A stretch of DNA of 58,667 nt from an uncultured Christensenellaceae bacterium. Its GTDB lineage: Bacteria > Bacillota > Clostridia > Christensenellales > DTU072. Of the stretch, positions 18,334 to 28,072 are shown piece after piece. Numbering within the stretch: position 1 is the stretch's first letter; every line of letters starts with the position of its first letter. Made by a program: the position numbers and the translations under genes. The stretch covers positions 1 through 58,667 of the forward strand of contig CAYZOJ010000002.1 in the NCBI GenBank assembly GCA_964480195.1, in the 5' to 3' direction. The notes below the pieces were generated by a model that searched no databases, was not told the origin of the DNA, and was given only the letters and a program-made list of their open reading frames with translations.

Positions 18334-18363
18334 GCACAAAAAAGAGCTCGGAAACGAGCTCTT
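18334..18363 (-). terminator. Terminator of the esterase gene
   Basis: AAGAGCTCG-GAAA-CGAGCTCTT stem, followed on the minus strand by a T-run. Confidence 0.7.
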
Positions 18364-18392
18364 TAATTTACGACGGGTAACGGTTGAGAGTG

Positions 18393-19295
18393 TTATTCTT
18401 CGACGATCGCGTTATGAATAAACTCTTTGGATTCTTTAAGGCAGTTTTGAGCTTCTTTCATATAAATCAAGAGGAAGAAGCAATGGAAACAGTTAAAGAA
18501 CGAAGTCGCGTGGTAGTGTTTGTGTTTGATTCCGAGCTCTTTGAGTCTTGCGAGCATTTGAGGGTGCTGGGTGCTTGTGAAGAAGTCGAGAGCGCCGGAT
18601 ATAACCATCGTTTCGGGGAAGTCCGAAGTCATGTAAGGCATCGGATTGAGATACTTATAATAGGGTGACGCGTTTACGTCTTTTAAGCGTTTACTGCCGG
18701 TGAGCTGTTTAATCATTACGTCGGCAACGGGAATGCGCAAGATGAATGCGTCGAAATCGTATACACCGCTGTAAAGGAGAGCTGCGCGGAATTTTATCGG
18801 AAGTTCGCCAAGTCCCAAAGCTTCGCGGAGCTCGTCCGACACGGTAGCCGTTGCGATAAGAGAGGCAAGGTGTGCGCCTGCAGAGTCGCCGGAAACGAAG
18901 ACGTTATTCAAATCGAGGTTGTATTTTTCGGCATTTGCGTAAATCCAGCGCACGCACTCGGCAACGTCGCGAATGCAATCGGGGTAGACGTAATCGGGAG
19001 CGAGGGAGTAGTCGGGGTTGACGACAAAAAGACCGGCGTCCGCCATTTGGAGAGCGTATCCGCGACGGAAGCGTTTGTCGCCGACAATCCAACCGCCGCC
19101 GTGAATGTTGAGGAGGACGGGATATTTTTTATCCGAGTATTTTTTGTCGTAATAAACGTCGAGTTTGGTGACATCGGGTTTGGCGTCCGCAAAAATTATA
19201 TCCGTTTCAACGGTTACTTCCGGGTAGTCGAGCATATTGCATCTACGGTTTTTGAGAACGTCGTCGAGATAAAATACTTTACCGAGCAGTGACAT
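18393..19295 (-). CDS. Alpha/beta-hydrolase esterase/lipase (hormone-sensitive-lipase-like family)
   Basis: Oxyanion motif HGGGW and nucleophile elbow GDSAGA. 300 aa. SD is AGGAG. Confidence 0.85.
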   Translation of the reverse strand: MSLLGKVFYLDDVLKNRRCNMLDYPEVTVETDIIFADAKPDVTKLDVYYDKKYSDKKYPVLLNIHGGGWIVGDKRFRRGYALQMADAGLFVVNPDYSLAPDYVYPDCIRDVAECVRWIYANAEKYNLDLNNVFVSGDSAGAHLASLIATATVSDELREALGLGELPIKFRAALLYSGVYDFDAFILRIPVADVMIKQLTGSKRLKDVNASPYYKYLNPMPYMTSDFPETMVISGALDFFTSTQHPQMLARLKELGIKHKHYHATSFFNCFHCFFLLIYMKEAQNCLKESKEFIHNAIVEE

Positions 19296-19372
19296 GGTTA
19301 TCTCCTGTAAGTTTTATTGACTATACTATTATACTCCGTATGCGAACGAGTTTCAAGAGTGATTTGGAATTT

Positions 19373-20170
19373 TTAGCCGAGAGCCATATCGAGAACCATC
19401 ATAAGCGCGAATCCGAGAGCCACGCCGATAGTGCCGATGTTACTGTGTTCGCCTTCTTGCGCGTCGGGGATGAGCTCTTCGACTACGACGTATATCATAG
19501 CGCCCGCCGCAAACGAGAGTATGTAGGGGAGCACGGGCGTAACGAGAGCGGTAAGGAAAATGGTTATAAGCGCGGCGATGGGTTCGACAATGCCCGAAAG
19601 CATACCGTAGAGGAAGGCTTTGGGCTTATTCACGCCTTGGGTTACGAGAGGCGCGGAAACCGTTGCGCCCTCGGGGAAGTTTTGAACCGCGATACCGATT
19701 GCAAGAGATAATGCGCCGGCGGCGGTGATTACGGAGCTTCCTTCGAGCATGCCTGCGAGAACGACGCCGACAGCCATACCTTCGGGGATGTTGTGGAGGG
19801 TTACCGCAAGCACGAGCATAAGCGACTTGGTAAGCCCGGTGCGTTCTTTGGGAATGCCTTCGGGTTTGGTGGCGGTAACGTGAAGATGGGGGATTATCGT
19901 GTCGAGTAGCAGTAAGAAAGCTATACCCGCAAGGAATCCGACCAACGCGGGCACCCATTCGATTGTGCCTTGGGCTTTAGCCATTTCGATGGACGGGAGT
20001 ATCAGCGACCAAATCGAAGCCGCCATCATAACGCCCGCGGCAAAACCTATAAGCGCACGTTGGAACTTGCGGTTCATTTGGTCTTTTACAAAGAATACGG
20101 TTACCGCGCCGAGCGTGGTCCCGAGAAATGGTATCGAAAGGCACAAAGCCACTTTTGCAATATCTGACAT
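19373..20170 (-). CDS. ZIP-family divalent metal transporter (ZupT-like)
   Basis: Eight hydrophobic segments. Conserved HNIPEGMAVG and QNFPEGATV motifs. 265 aa. Confidence 0.9.
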   Translation of the reverse strand: MSDIAKVALCLSIPFLGTTLGAVTVFFVKDQMNRKFQRALIGFAAGVMMAASIWSLILPSIEMAKAQGTIEWVPALVGFLAGIAFLLLLDTIIPHLHVTATKPEGIPKERTGLTKSLMLVLAVTLHNIPEGMAVGVVLAGMLEGSSVITAAGALSLAIGIAVQNFPEGATVSAPLVTQGVNKPKAFLYGMLSGIVEPIAALITIFLTALVTPVLPYILSFAAGAMIYVVVEELIPDAQEGEHSNIGTIGVALGFALMMVLDMALG

Positions 20171-20254
20171 AGCAACTTCTCTTTATTGTATATTCCGCAT
20201 TCGCGGTAACTATGATAAGATACCACAATATACTGAGAAATACAATAGTATTTA

Positions 20255-20282
20255 ATAAAAAAAGACGTCCTTTCGGACGTCT
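20255..20282 (-). terminator. Rho-independent terminator, 224 nt downstream of the 20507..20992 gene and 85 nt upstream of the ZIP transporter start
   Basis: On the minus strand: AGACGTCC-GAAA-GGACGTCT followed by TTTTTTT. Confidence 0.75.
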
Positions 20283-20506
20283 ACCGGTAACCTTATACCT
20301 CCGGATTACGATATGGTTTTAACTCTCCGACGAAAAATTATAATGATTACTCATTCCCTAAGAACAATAACATACCCTTAACCGTAAGTCATAATAGAAA
20401 AACGTTAACCTTTAACCTATAAAACCGATATACAGTAACGTGCTCTTTTAACTACTTTTAGCTATGTCTGCCGAAGGCAAACTTAATGTCGGAGAGAGGA
20501 ACGACG

Positions 20507-20992
20507 TTAAACGTCGATTTTGTGCGTGAGGTTAGCGCGATCTATTGCCATTTGAAGCGCCGAGATTTTGGTTTCGAGAGCTTTGGCGTCGCGGAGTGCT
20601 TCTTTTACGTCGTAAGTGCACTCGGTATATTCGAGTACTCCGTTATACGTGATTTTTCTGGACTTTTGTTTTTCGCTTGCCATTTCGGAAAGAGTTTCCC
20701 AAGAGCGTTGGAGCTGGGCGAGATAAATAAGCCCTTCTGCGAGCGTCATATCGAAGCCGTCGAGCTTGGTGTTCGTGTTGGCTTTAGCGAGCAAAAAGCG
20801 AAGTCTACGGATTTCGTCATCGAGTTCATTTATTCGGTTGCGAGTTTCCGCATAATCGTATTCTACGCGTTCGGGCTCCTCATCTTCCTTGTATGAGATA
20901 CCGGAGTTCTCTCTTTCGAATCTTAATACACGAGATTTTTCGTTTTCGAGTTCTTTGATTTTTTTCATTACTTCCACATTAAAAAGTTTCAT
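20507..20992 (-). CDS. Small coiled-coil protein; from memory it resembles the DIP1984/septicolysin-like family (unverified)
   Basis: 161 aa with a strong SD (AAAGGAGG). Helical heptad-like sequence with central NTNTKLDGFDMTLAEGLIYL and C-terminal KISALQMAIDRANLT. Confidence 0.7.
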   Translation of the reverse strand: MKLFNVEVMKKIKELENEKSRVLRFERENSGISYKEDEEPERVEYDYAETRNRINELDDEIRRLRFLLAKANTNTKLDGFDMTLAEGLIYLAQLQRSWETLSEMASEKQKSRKITYNGVLEYTECTYDVKEALRDAKALETKISALQMAIDRANLTHKIDV

Positions 20993-21086
20993 ATGTGCCT
21001 CCTTTAATCGTGTTGTTCCTTAAAAATTACGTTGCGTACCGAGCTATGTCCTTATTTGGCGTAAGAGTTGATTTTAGATATATCCG

Positions 21087-21115
21087 TTGACAAGGAACGG
21101 GTTTATATGTATACT
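21087..21115 (+). promoter_or_regulatory. Candidate promoter of the ABC exporter pair
   Basis: TTGACA, 17 nt, TATACT, about 90 nt upstream of ATG 21203. Confidence 0.55.
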
Positions 21116-21202
21116 TTTAGTGTTCGACTATAACGAAAGCCTCGATTCCCGTTGCGGAGGGATAGAGGGGCGGGGGTTAAGAGCGAACAAAGAGGTTCCG
21201 TT

Positions 21203-22948
21203 ATGGAACGCAAATTCGGATATTTACAACGGTTGTCGGGCTTATTGCGCCCGGACGGCAAAACGCTTTTACTGTTGGTCGGTCTATATGCATTGCAAAC
21301 GCTATGCTCTCTTTTTATGCCTTACGTCATGAGCAGTATCGTCGAGGAAGGCATCAGGAACTCCGATTTAAATTACGTTCTTATAAGTTGCGCTATAATG
21401 TGCGCGCTCTCTTTGGTCGCGCTCGCGCTTGCGCTTATCATAAATAAGATTTCTTCGGGTTGGACGGCGAGATTTACCGTTTCTTTCCGTCGTCGCATAT
21501 TCGAAAAGGTCAATACTTTTTCGTCCGAGCAGTTTTCGGCTATAGGAACAGGCGGACTTATCACGCGTTCGACAGAGGACGCAAGCTGGATAGAGGATAC
21601 CGTGGGAATGCTTGTGCCGGTTCTCGGCGGTGTGCCCGTAATTATGATAGGCGGAGTCGTGCTGGCGATGCTTTCCGACCTTATTCTTCCTCTCATCATC
21701 ATAGGAGTAACGGTACCGGTTTTGGCGATTACGATTTTGATTGTTTCCAAGATGAGTACGCTTTGGGATAAATCCGAAAAATACGTCGACGAGCAGAACA
21801 GAATAATGCGCGAACGTTTTTCGGGCGTCAGAGTGATTAGGGCTTTCGACAGGGAAGCATACGAGCACGAGCGCACCAAAACTGCAACTCTCAATATGTG
21901 CAGAAGCTTTATAAAAGCCAACGTTCTCGGCGGTATGATACAGCCCATAGCGGAGCTTATACTTAATCTTGCGACCGTCGCGGTAATTTACGTGGGTGCG
22001 GTAAGACTCGAATCGAGCGACGCGCTCCGAGTGGGCGATGTCGTTGCGACGATACAGTACATTGCCCTCATTATAAACGCGATACTTACGATTTCCTGGA
22101 CGATTTCGCTTATTCCTCGCGACAAAATATGTTTAAGGCGCATATTCGAGATTTTGGATACGCCGACGAATCCCGACGAAGCTCTGTCCGACGGTAGGAA
22201 GCTTAAAGGCGCACTCTGTATGAAGAACGTTTCGTTCAGATACCCGGGAGCTCAGGCGAACGCCATCGAGGCGGTTGATTTAGATATTGCGGACGGCGAA
22301 ATCGTGGGCATTATCGGCGGAATAGGTAGCGGAAAAACCACTCTTGCCAAGCTTATACTCGATTTTTACAAGCCGACGGAAGGCAGTATTTCTTTGGGCG
22401 GTGAGGATTATTCGGATATCCCCGCCGGGACTGTCAGAGAGAATGTCGCGATAGCCCTACAAAAGAGTATGATATTTGAAGGCAGTGTAAAAGAAAACGT
22501 GCTTATGGGCAACAAAGACGCAACCGATGAGGAAGTGTTCAACGCCATCGACGTTGCTCAAATGAGCGGATTTTTGGCGTCGCACCCCGAGGGCGCGGAC
22601 TATATGCTAAAACAAGCCGGCACGAACATAAGCGGTGGACAGAAACAACGTCTTAACATAGCGCGTACGATGTTGAAGCCTGCGTCGGTCTATATTTTCG
22701 ACGACAGTTTTTCGGCTCTCGACTATATGACGGAAAGCGCGCTGAGAAAAGCCTTGAACGCGTATCTGAAAGGAAAAACGCAGATAATAATCACTCAACG
22801 TTCGGCAACGGCGATGCGTTGCGACAAAGTTTACGTAATGGACGGCGGAAGAGTGGCGGGAGCCGGAACGCACGAAGAACTTTTACGGACGTGCGCGGTT
22901 TACAGAGAGATTTACGAGTCCCAACTCGGAGGTAACGGTAATGTGTAA
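21203..22948 (+). CDS. ABC exporter, fused permease-ATPase (type I exporter half-transporter), subunit 1
   Basis: Six N-terminal TM segments, Walker A GGIGSGKTT, signature ISGGQKQR and Walker B IFDDSFSALD. The track start 21152 is a TTG; ATG 21203 (MERKFGYLQRL) has AAAGAGG upstream. Confidence 0.9.
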   Translation: MERKFGYLQRLSGLLRPDGKTLLLLVGLYALQTLCSLFMPYVMSSIVEEGIRNSDLNYVLISCAIMCALSLVALALALIINKISSGWTARFTVSFRRRIFEKVNTFSSEQFSAIGTGGLITRSTEDASWIEDTVGMLVPVLGGVPVIMIGGVVLAMLSDLILPLIIIGVTVPVLAITILIVSKMSTLWDKSEKYVDEQNRIMRERFSGVRVIRAFDREAYEHERTKTATLNMCRSFIKANVLGGMIQPIAELILNLATVAVIYVGAVRLESSDALRVGDVVATIQYIALIINAILTISWTISLIPRDKICLRRIFEILDTPTNPDEALSDGRKLKGALCMKNVSFRYPGAQANAIEAVDLDIADGEIVGIIGGIGSGKTTLAKLILDFYKPTEGSISLGGEDYSDIPAGTVRENVAIALQKSMIFEGSVKENVLMGNKDATDEEVFNAIDVAQMSGFLASHPEGADYMLKQAGTNISGGQKQRLNIARTMLKPASVYIFDDSFSALDYMTESALRKALNAYLKGKTQIIITQRSATAMRCDKVYVMDGGRVAGAGTHEELLRTCAVYREIYESQLGGNGNV

Positions 22949-24719
22949 GAAGAATAAAGAAAAAAGAGATTATTCCGTTCCCGAAACCGTTTTGCGACTT
23001 GTCAAGGACCTCAAACCGATAAGCGGATACCTTGTGTTTATATCGTTCGCGTGCGCTTTATCGGTAGCTCTCGGAGTGCTTGCGCCAAAGTATGTCGGAG
23101 ATATGACGGACGTTATGTACGCATACGGAACAAGCGGATTTATGGATTTCGGATTCTTGTCGGAAACAGCCGTAAAGCTTGTGATAGTGTACGTGTTGTC
23201 TGCAATTCTTTCGACGGTAACGGTTGCGGTAATGCAACACATAGGCTCGCGTTACTATACTTACGAAATGCGTTCGAGAATCAGCGCAAAGCTAATTAGG
23301 TTACCCGTAAGCTATATTGACGGTACCGCAAACGGCGAATTGCTGTCGAGGATGATGGACGACGTTTCAGGGATGAGCGGTTCGATAAGCGTAATAATCG
23401 AAACGGTGATAAACGGAGTTTTGCGCATAATAGCAATATCCGTCGCGTTGTTTTTGATACACCCCGCGATGGCGATTGCGGTAATAGCGTTCGTGCCGAT
23501 ATCGGTAATTCTTTCTGCGATTATTTCAAAAAAGAGCGAAGACAGTTGGCACGCGTTCAGAGAAGCGAACGGTAAATTCAAAGCGTTTGTCGAAGAGGAT
23601 TACTCGGGATTCGATACCGTCAAAGCGTTCAATATGGAAGAACGTCAAAAGAAAATCGGCAGGGAGCTTACCGACGTCTATGCCGAAAAACAACGTAAGA
23701 GCTCGTATCTTTCGGGACTGGTACAGCCGATTATAGCGTTTACGGACAACATTGCGTACGTACTCGTTTGCGTACTCGGCGGGTTGTTCGCCATTCGCGG
23801 AGAGATAAGCGTCGGTATGGTGATAGAGGTAATACTTTACGCAAAAATGTTTGCGGGACCTCTCGAGAGTATCGCGTCCGGCATGAGTATGGTGCAGGAC
23901 ACATTGGTATGCGCTTCGAGAGTATATAAACTGCTCGATTCCGAAGAAATGTCGGAGCCCGAAGAACGGCTCGAACCCGTCGGCAAAGGCGACGTCGAAC
24001 TCACGAACGTTTGCTTTTCCTACGATAAGGACAAGCCTCTCATTAAGAATTTGAACGTCAAGGTCAAGGCGGGACAGAAAGTCGCCATAGTCGGACCGAC
24101 AGGCGGAGGAAAAACGACGATAGTCAATCTTCTGATGAGGTTTTACGATATAGATTCGGGCACTATAACCATAGACGGCACGGATATCTATAAGATGGAT
24201 CGCGCGAGGCTGAGATCGGAATTCGCGATGGTGTTACAGGATACTTGGCTTTTTAACGGCACCGTATTCCAAAACATCGCGTACGGCAAGGACGGAGCCA
24301 CTCTCGAAGAAGTCAAAGAAGCCACGCGCAAGGCGCGTATCGACGGCTTTATAGAGGCTCTTCCCGACGGGTACGACACCGTCATAAACGAGGAAAGTAC
24401 CAACATCAGCGGAGGGCAGAAGCAACTTTTGACTATTGCGAGGAGTTTTCTTGCCGACCGCAAGATGCTCATTCTCGACGAAGCGACGAGTAATGTCGAT
24501 ACGCGAACCGAACTTCTGATCCAAAAGAGTATGGACGAACTTTTAGAGGGTAGAACGTCGTTTGTCATAGCGCACAGGCTTTCCACAATCGTCAATGCCG
24601 ACGTCATACTCGTAGTCAATGACGGTGAAATCGTCGAGCAGGGTACTCATTCCGAATTGATGGGCAGAGATTCGTTCTATAAAAAGATATATCGTAGCCA
24701 GTACGACGTTTTGGCGTAG
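22941..24719 (+). CDS. ABC exporter, fused permease-ATPase, subunit 2 (likely heterodimer partner)
   Basis: Walker A GPTGGGKTT, signature ISGGQKQL, Walker B LILDEATSNVD and H-loop IAHRLST. Overlaps the upstream gene by 8 nt. Confidence 0.9.
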   Translation: MCKKNKEKRDYSVPETVLRLVKDLKPISGYLVFISFACALSVALGVLAPKYVGDMTDVMYAYGTSGFMDFGFLSETAVKLVIVYVLSAILSTVTVAVMQHIGSRYYTYEMRSRISAKLIRLPVSYIDGTANGELLSRMMDDVSGMSGSISVIIETVINGVLRIIAISVALFLIHPAMAIAVIAFVPISVILSAIISKKSEDSWHAFREANGKFKAFVEEDYSGFDTVKAFNMEERQKKIGRELTDVYAEKQRKSSYLSGLVQPIIAFTDNIAYVLVCVLGGLFAIRGEISVGMVIEVILYAKMFAGPLESIASGMSMVQDTLVCASRVYKLLDSEEMSEPEERLEPVGKGDVELTNVCFSYDKDKPLIKNLNVKVKAGQKVAIVGPTGGGKTTIVNLLMRFYDIDSGTITIDGTDIYKMDRARLRSEFAMVLQDTWLFNGTVFQNIAYGKDGATLEEVKEATRKARIDGFIEALPDGYDTVINEESTNISGGQKQLLTIARSFLADRKMLILDEATSNVDTRTELLIQKSMDELLEGRTSFVIAHRLSTIVNADVILVVNDGEIVEQGTHSELMGRDSFYKKIYRSQYDVLA

Positions 24720-24752
24720 TCTTCAAAAAGAGTACCGTTTTTCTAAAGCGGG

Positions 24753-24781
24753 TTTACAAAAGCCTGCTTATAATGTATAAT
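24753..24781 (+). promoter_or_regulatory. Candidate promoter
   Basis: TTTACA, 17 nt, TATAAT, about 40 nt upstream of ATG 24821. Confidence 0.55.
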
Positions 24782-24820
24782 ATAGCGTAGCAACATCAAT
24801 TGAGCGGAGGTTATATAACA

Positions 24821-25291
24821 ATGGCAGAACAAAAAAACGTATATAAAGCATATCAAGCCTTCAAAAAATACTTGGACAGCATTGACTGGGAATACTATTC
24901 GAAAGAAGACAACGACGAAAGATACACCATCGAAACGGCAACGAAAGGCGACGATTTTGCTATCCATCTTTTCTTTAACTTTATTGTAAAACCCGAGGTT
25001 ATATACGTTTCATCCCCGATGCCGTATAAAATTCCCGCCGAGAAACGTGCGGAAATAGCTATCGCCGTAAACATTGCAAACTACAAGCTCAGAGAGGGAT
25101 GTTTCGACTATAATATCGAGAACGGCGCGATTTCTTTCCGGCTCACGCAAAGCATTAGGGGCGGAGCCACAATAAACAAAGAGATTTGCGAAAGCCTTTT
25201 GGGATTGGTGGTATCGACCGTTGAGAATTATGACGATAAATTCGATATGATATCCAAGGGCAAGATGACACTTAAAGAACTCAAGGATTAG
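24821..25291 (+). CDS. YbjN-like (type III secretion chaperone-like fold) small cytoplasmic protein
   Basis: 156 aa starting MAEQKNVYKAYQAFKKYLDSIDWEY. The pattern F..HLFF...(V/I)Y.....P..IP...R.......N and its size are typical of YbjN-domain proteins. Assigned by eye only. Confidence 0.6.
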   Translation: MAEQKNVYKAYQAFKKYLDSIDWEYYSKEDNDERYTIETATKGDDFAIHLFFNFIVKPEVIYVSSPMPYKIPAEKRAEIAIAVNIANYKLREGCFDYNIENGAISFRLTQSIRGGATINKEICESLLGLVVSTVENYDDKFDMISKGKMTLKELKD

Positions 25292-25304
25292 TAAATACCG
25301 ATAA

Positions 25305-25339
25305 TAAAAACGCGCAACCGATGAGTTGCGCGTTTTTTT
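25305..25339. terminator. Bidirectional terminator between convergent genes
   Basis: AAAAA-CGCGCAAC-CGATGA-GTTGCGCG-TTTTTTT. Confidence 0.8.
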
Positions 25340-25350
25340 GTCGTAAAATT

Positions 25351-26037
25351 TTAGGTATGTAGGTTTCGTTTGAGCTCGGAAAGCAGTGGCTTCGAGTAGA
25401 ATATTACAGTCGAAACGAATACCGATCCGCCGGCTATTGCCGTTATCAAAGCAAAAACGCGAGATTCGGTATCGGCGATTGCGGTAATCACGTAGGGCAA
25501 TACCGAAAGTAGCGCGATACTTATAAGGTTCAAAATGAATTTATTCGGTTTTTTGTAATTGATGAGTAGGAATACGCCTATCATCAGCGTTGATACGAGA
25601 TAAATCGTCGGAAGAATGTATTCCACTATAATGCGAGGCTCGGGGAGCACCGTGCGAGTAGTGAAAAACACTACCGTCAATAAAAGTGCCTGTCCCGTTA
25701 CTTTTTGCGGGAAATACTCGTTCTTTTTGATTGTTACTTTCAAGAAAACGTAAAAATAGAGAAGCAGTGCCGAGATTATCCAAGCGATTTTTACGTGTCC
25801 GTTGATAATCAATTCCGTGGCGACGGACGCGACGATGACGTTTAACGCGACTATAATATATATTATGTCAAACAAGCTGGTCCTAAGCGGTTGTAACTTG
25901 GCGCGCTTGGGGAAAGCCGGTTCCATTTTCTTTATTTGCGCAGGCGACGTGCCCGCCGCGATTAAATCGGTATGACACAGCGGGCAGACGGTAGTCTTGG
26001 TCGAGATATTGACTTTGCAATAGGGACACCTGAGCAT
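25351..26037 (-). CDS. Membrane protein with an N-terminal zinc ribbon (CPYC...CPLC) and about 6 TM helices
   Basis: MLRCPYCKVNISTKTTVCPLCHTDL followed by multiple hydrophobic helices. Its start lies 1 nt after the cysS stop. Confidence 0.75.
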   Translation of the reverse strand: MLRCPYCKVNISTKTTVCPLCHTDLIAAGTSPAQIKKMEPAFPKRAKLQPLRTSLFDIIYIIVALNVIVASVATELIINGHVKIAWIISALLLYFYVFLKVTIKKNEYFPQKVTGQALLLTVVFFTTRTVLPEPRIIVEYILPTIYLVSTLMIGVFLLINYKKPNKFILNLISIALLSVLPYVITAIADTESRVFALITAIAGGSVFVSTVIFYSKPLLSELKRNLHT

Positions 26038-26038
26038 T

Positions 26039-27436
26039 TTATTTGTTAGGCACCGCTTTTGCGCCGTCTTTGGTGTCGATGACGTTAAAGCCGAGAGAAG
26101 CGATTTTAGCGCGGATTTGGTCGGCGAGAGCGAAGTTTCTGGCGCGTTTTGCCTCGGCGCGTTCTTCGATTAAAGCCTTGACTTCCTCGGGTACTTCGAC
26201 TTCGGGTTCGGAAGATTTGAGTTCGGGCGTTTTGGCGAGGTCGAGTCCGAATACCTTGTCGAAATAGACGGCGAGTTCGTAAATATCCTTGGATTTAGGT
26301 TCCTTAATTGCGGTAAAGAGAATCCCTAACGCGAGAGGAACGTTAATATCGTCCTCGATTGCTTCGATAAACTCCGCCTTGTAAGCGTCGAGTTTTTCTT
26401 TGGAAGTAGCGGTGTTCGACGCACGATGTTGCGCAAGCGCTTCCATAAGACGGGCACGCGATGTTTTGGCACCTTCTATTCCCGGGAAGGTGAAATTGAG
26501 TTTCTTACGGTAGTGGGTGTTAAGGCAGAAGAAACGGAAGTCGAGAGCGGAATATCCCTTTTGTTCGAGGTCGGCTATAGTGTAGGTGTTTCCGAGGCTC
26601 TTGCTCATTTTTCCGCCGTCGACCATCATAAATTCGCCGTGCATCCAGTAGTTGACGCTCTGCTTTCCGGTGAGAGCTTCGTTCTGCGCGATTTCGTTTT
26701 CGTGGTGAATCGGAATGTGGTCCACACCGCCGGTGTGTATGTCGAATACTTTACCGAGGTACTTTTGGCTCATTGCCGAGCACTCGATATGCCAGCCGGG
26801 GTATCCCATGCCCCACGGGCTTTCCCATTGCATTATGTGTAGGGGATCTGCCTTTTTCCAAAGAGCGAAGTCGGCGGGATGACGCTTTTCGCTATTGACT
26901 TCGACGCGCGCGCCTGCAAGCTGATCGTCGAGGTTGGCGCGAGAAAGGCAACCGTAGCGGGGGAATTTGCTTATATCGAAATAAATGCCGTCCGACGTTT
27001 CGTAGCTGTAACCCGCCGATTCGAGAGCCAATACGTACTTAATCATATCGTCGATGTGGTCGGTGGCTTTTGCGATGATTTCGGGCTTGCCGATGTTGAG
27101 TTTTGCGAGGTCTGTAAAGAATATATCGGAATAGAATTTGGCTATTTCCCAAGGCGTTTTGTTTTGTTCTCTGCTTGCGACAGCCATTTTGTCTTCGCCG
27201 TCGTCAGAGTCCGCCATGAGATGTCCGACGTCCGTAATGTTCATTGCGCCTTTGATTTTGTAGCCTTCGAGTTTGAGGGTACGGCGTACGAGATCCATAA
27301 ATACATACGTGCGGAGATTGCCTATATGAGCATAGTTATAGACGGTGGGTCCGCAAGAGTACATTGTTACGAGGTTTTCGCGAATGGGCTTAAAATCTTC
27401 TTTTGTTCTTGTTAACGTATTGTAAAAACGTAACAT
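26039..27436 (-). CDS. cysS: Cysteine--tRNA ligase
   Basis: Class I signatures HIGN (YNYAHIGNLR) and KMSKS (GGKMSKSLGN). 465 aa. Confidence 0.95.
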   Translation of the reverse strand: MLRFYNTLTRTKEDFKPIRENLVTMYSCGPTVYNYAHIGNLRTYVFMDLVRRTLKLEGYKIKGAMNITDVGHLMADSDDGEDKMAVASREQNKTPWEIAKFYSDIFFTDLAKLNIGKPEIIAKATDHIDDMIKYVLALESAGYSYETSDGIYFDISKFPRYGCLSRANLDDQLAGARVEVNSEKRHPADFALWKKADPLHIMQWESPWGMGYPGWHIECSAMSQKYLGKVFDIHTGGVDHIPIHHENEIAQNEALTGKQSVNYWMHGEFMMVDGGKMSKSLGNTYTIADLEQKGYSALDFRFFCLNTHYRKKLNFTFPGIEGAKTSRARLMEALAQHRASNTATSKEKLDAYKAEFIEAIEDDINVPLALGILFTAIKEPKSKDIYELAVYFDKVFGLDLAKTPELKSSEPEVEVPEEVKALIEERAEAKRARNFALADQIRAKIASLGFNVIDTKDGAKAVPNK

Positions 27437-27485
27437 TAGTCATCGTTCTCCTTTGAGTAGAGTGTCGTTTTGGCTCTTTTGCTCC

Positions 27486-28028
27486 CTAACGGTAGAGAGC
27501 GTCATATTTTTTTCCGAATCTACGGACTATTTTACCCGGGATACCTACGATGGTGCAGTCGGAGGGCACGTCTTTTAGGACGACGGAGCCTGCGCCGATT
27601 TTGACGTTGTCGCCGATTTTTACGGGTCCGAGTATCTTGGCTCCCGCCGATATCATGACGTTGTTTCCGACAGTCGGGTGGCGTTTTCCGGTTTCTTTGC
27701 CGGTGCCTCCGAGGGTTACTCCTTGATATATAACCACGTCGTTGCCTATTTCGGCGGTTTCTCCGATGACGACTCCTGCGCCGTGGTCGATAAAAAGCCC
27801 CGAGCCTATTTTTGCCCCGGGGTGGATTTCTATACCCGTTTTATGCCTTGCACGTTGGCTTATGACGCGCGCGATAAGATATAATCCGTGTTCGTACAAT
27901 CTGTGTGCGATACGGTAACAAAACAGAGCTCTTATGCCCGGGTAAGTCAGCAGGATTTCAAGAGTACTACGGGCGGCGGGGTCCTTTTGACGGCACGCCC
28001 GCACGTCCGATTTGAGATTGTCAAGCAT
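27486..28028 (-). CDS. cysE: Serine O-acetyltransferase (short form)
   Basis: [46 protein letters not shown] and [10 protein letters not shown] are typical of CysE. Located directly upstream of cysS. Confidence 0.9.
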   Translation of the reverse strand: MLDNLKSDVRACRQKDPAARSTLEILLTYPGIRALFCYRIAHRLYEHGLYLIARVISQRARHKTGIEIHPGAKIGSGLFIDHGAGVVIGETAEIGNDVVIYQGVTLGGTGKETGKRHPTVGNNVMISAGAKILGPVKIGDNVKIGAGSVVLKDVPSDCTIVGIPGKIVRRFGKKYDALYR

Positions 28029-28037
28029 ATATAATAT

Positions 28038-28072
28038 TTATGCGGGGACTGAGAGTTTTGCCCCCGCATAAA
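28038..28072 (-). terminator. Hairpin between the membrane-protein gene and cysE (weak terminator or processing site)
   Basis: TTTATGCGGGG...CCCCGCATAAA stem. The downstream tract on the minus strand is only TATTATAT, so termination is probably partial. Confidence 0.35.

Noticed and set aside
18193-18339. Basic N-terminal extension (MCLQSHKSHPTRKKRRRKHERNTKKTRRKHE...) of the HTH-ATPase ORF as given in the track.
   Set aside because: The extension is simply the 11-bp tandem repeat and the promoter read in frame. The ATG at 18192 has a proper SD and starts exactly at the HTH domain.
28029-28072. Possible T-box or riboswitch leader upstream of cysE.
   Set aside because: Only 44 nt are available, and they form one simple hairpin. 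There is no specifier loop or T-box sequence.
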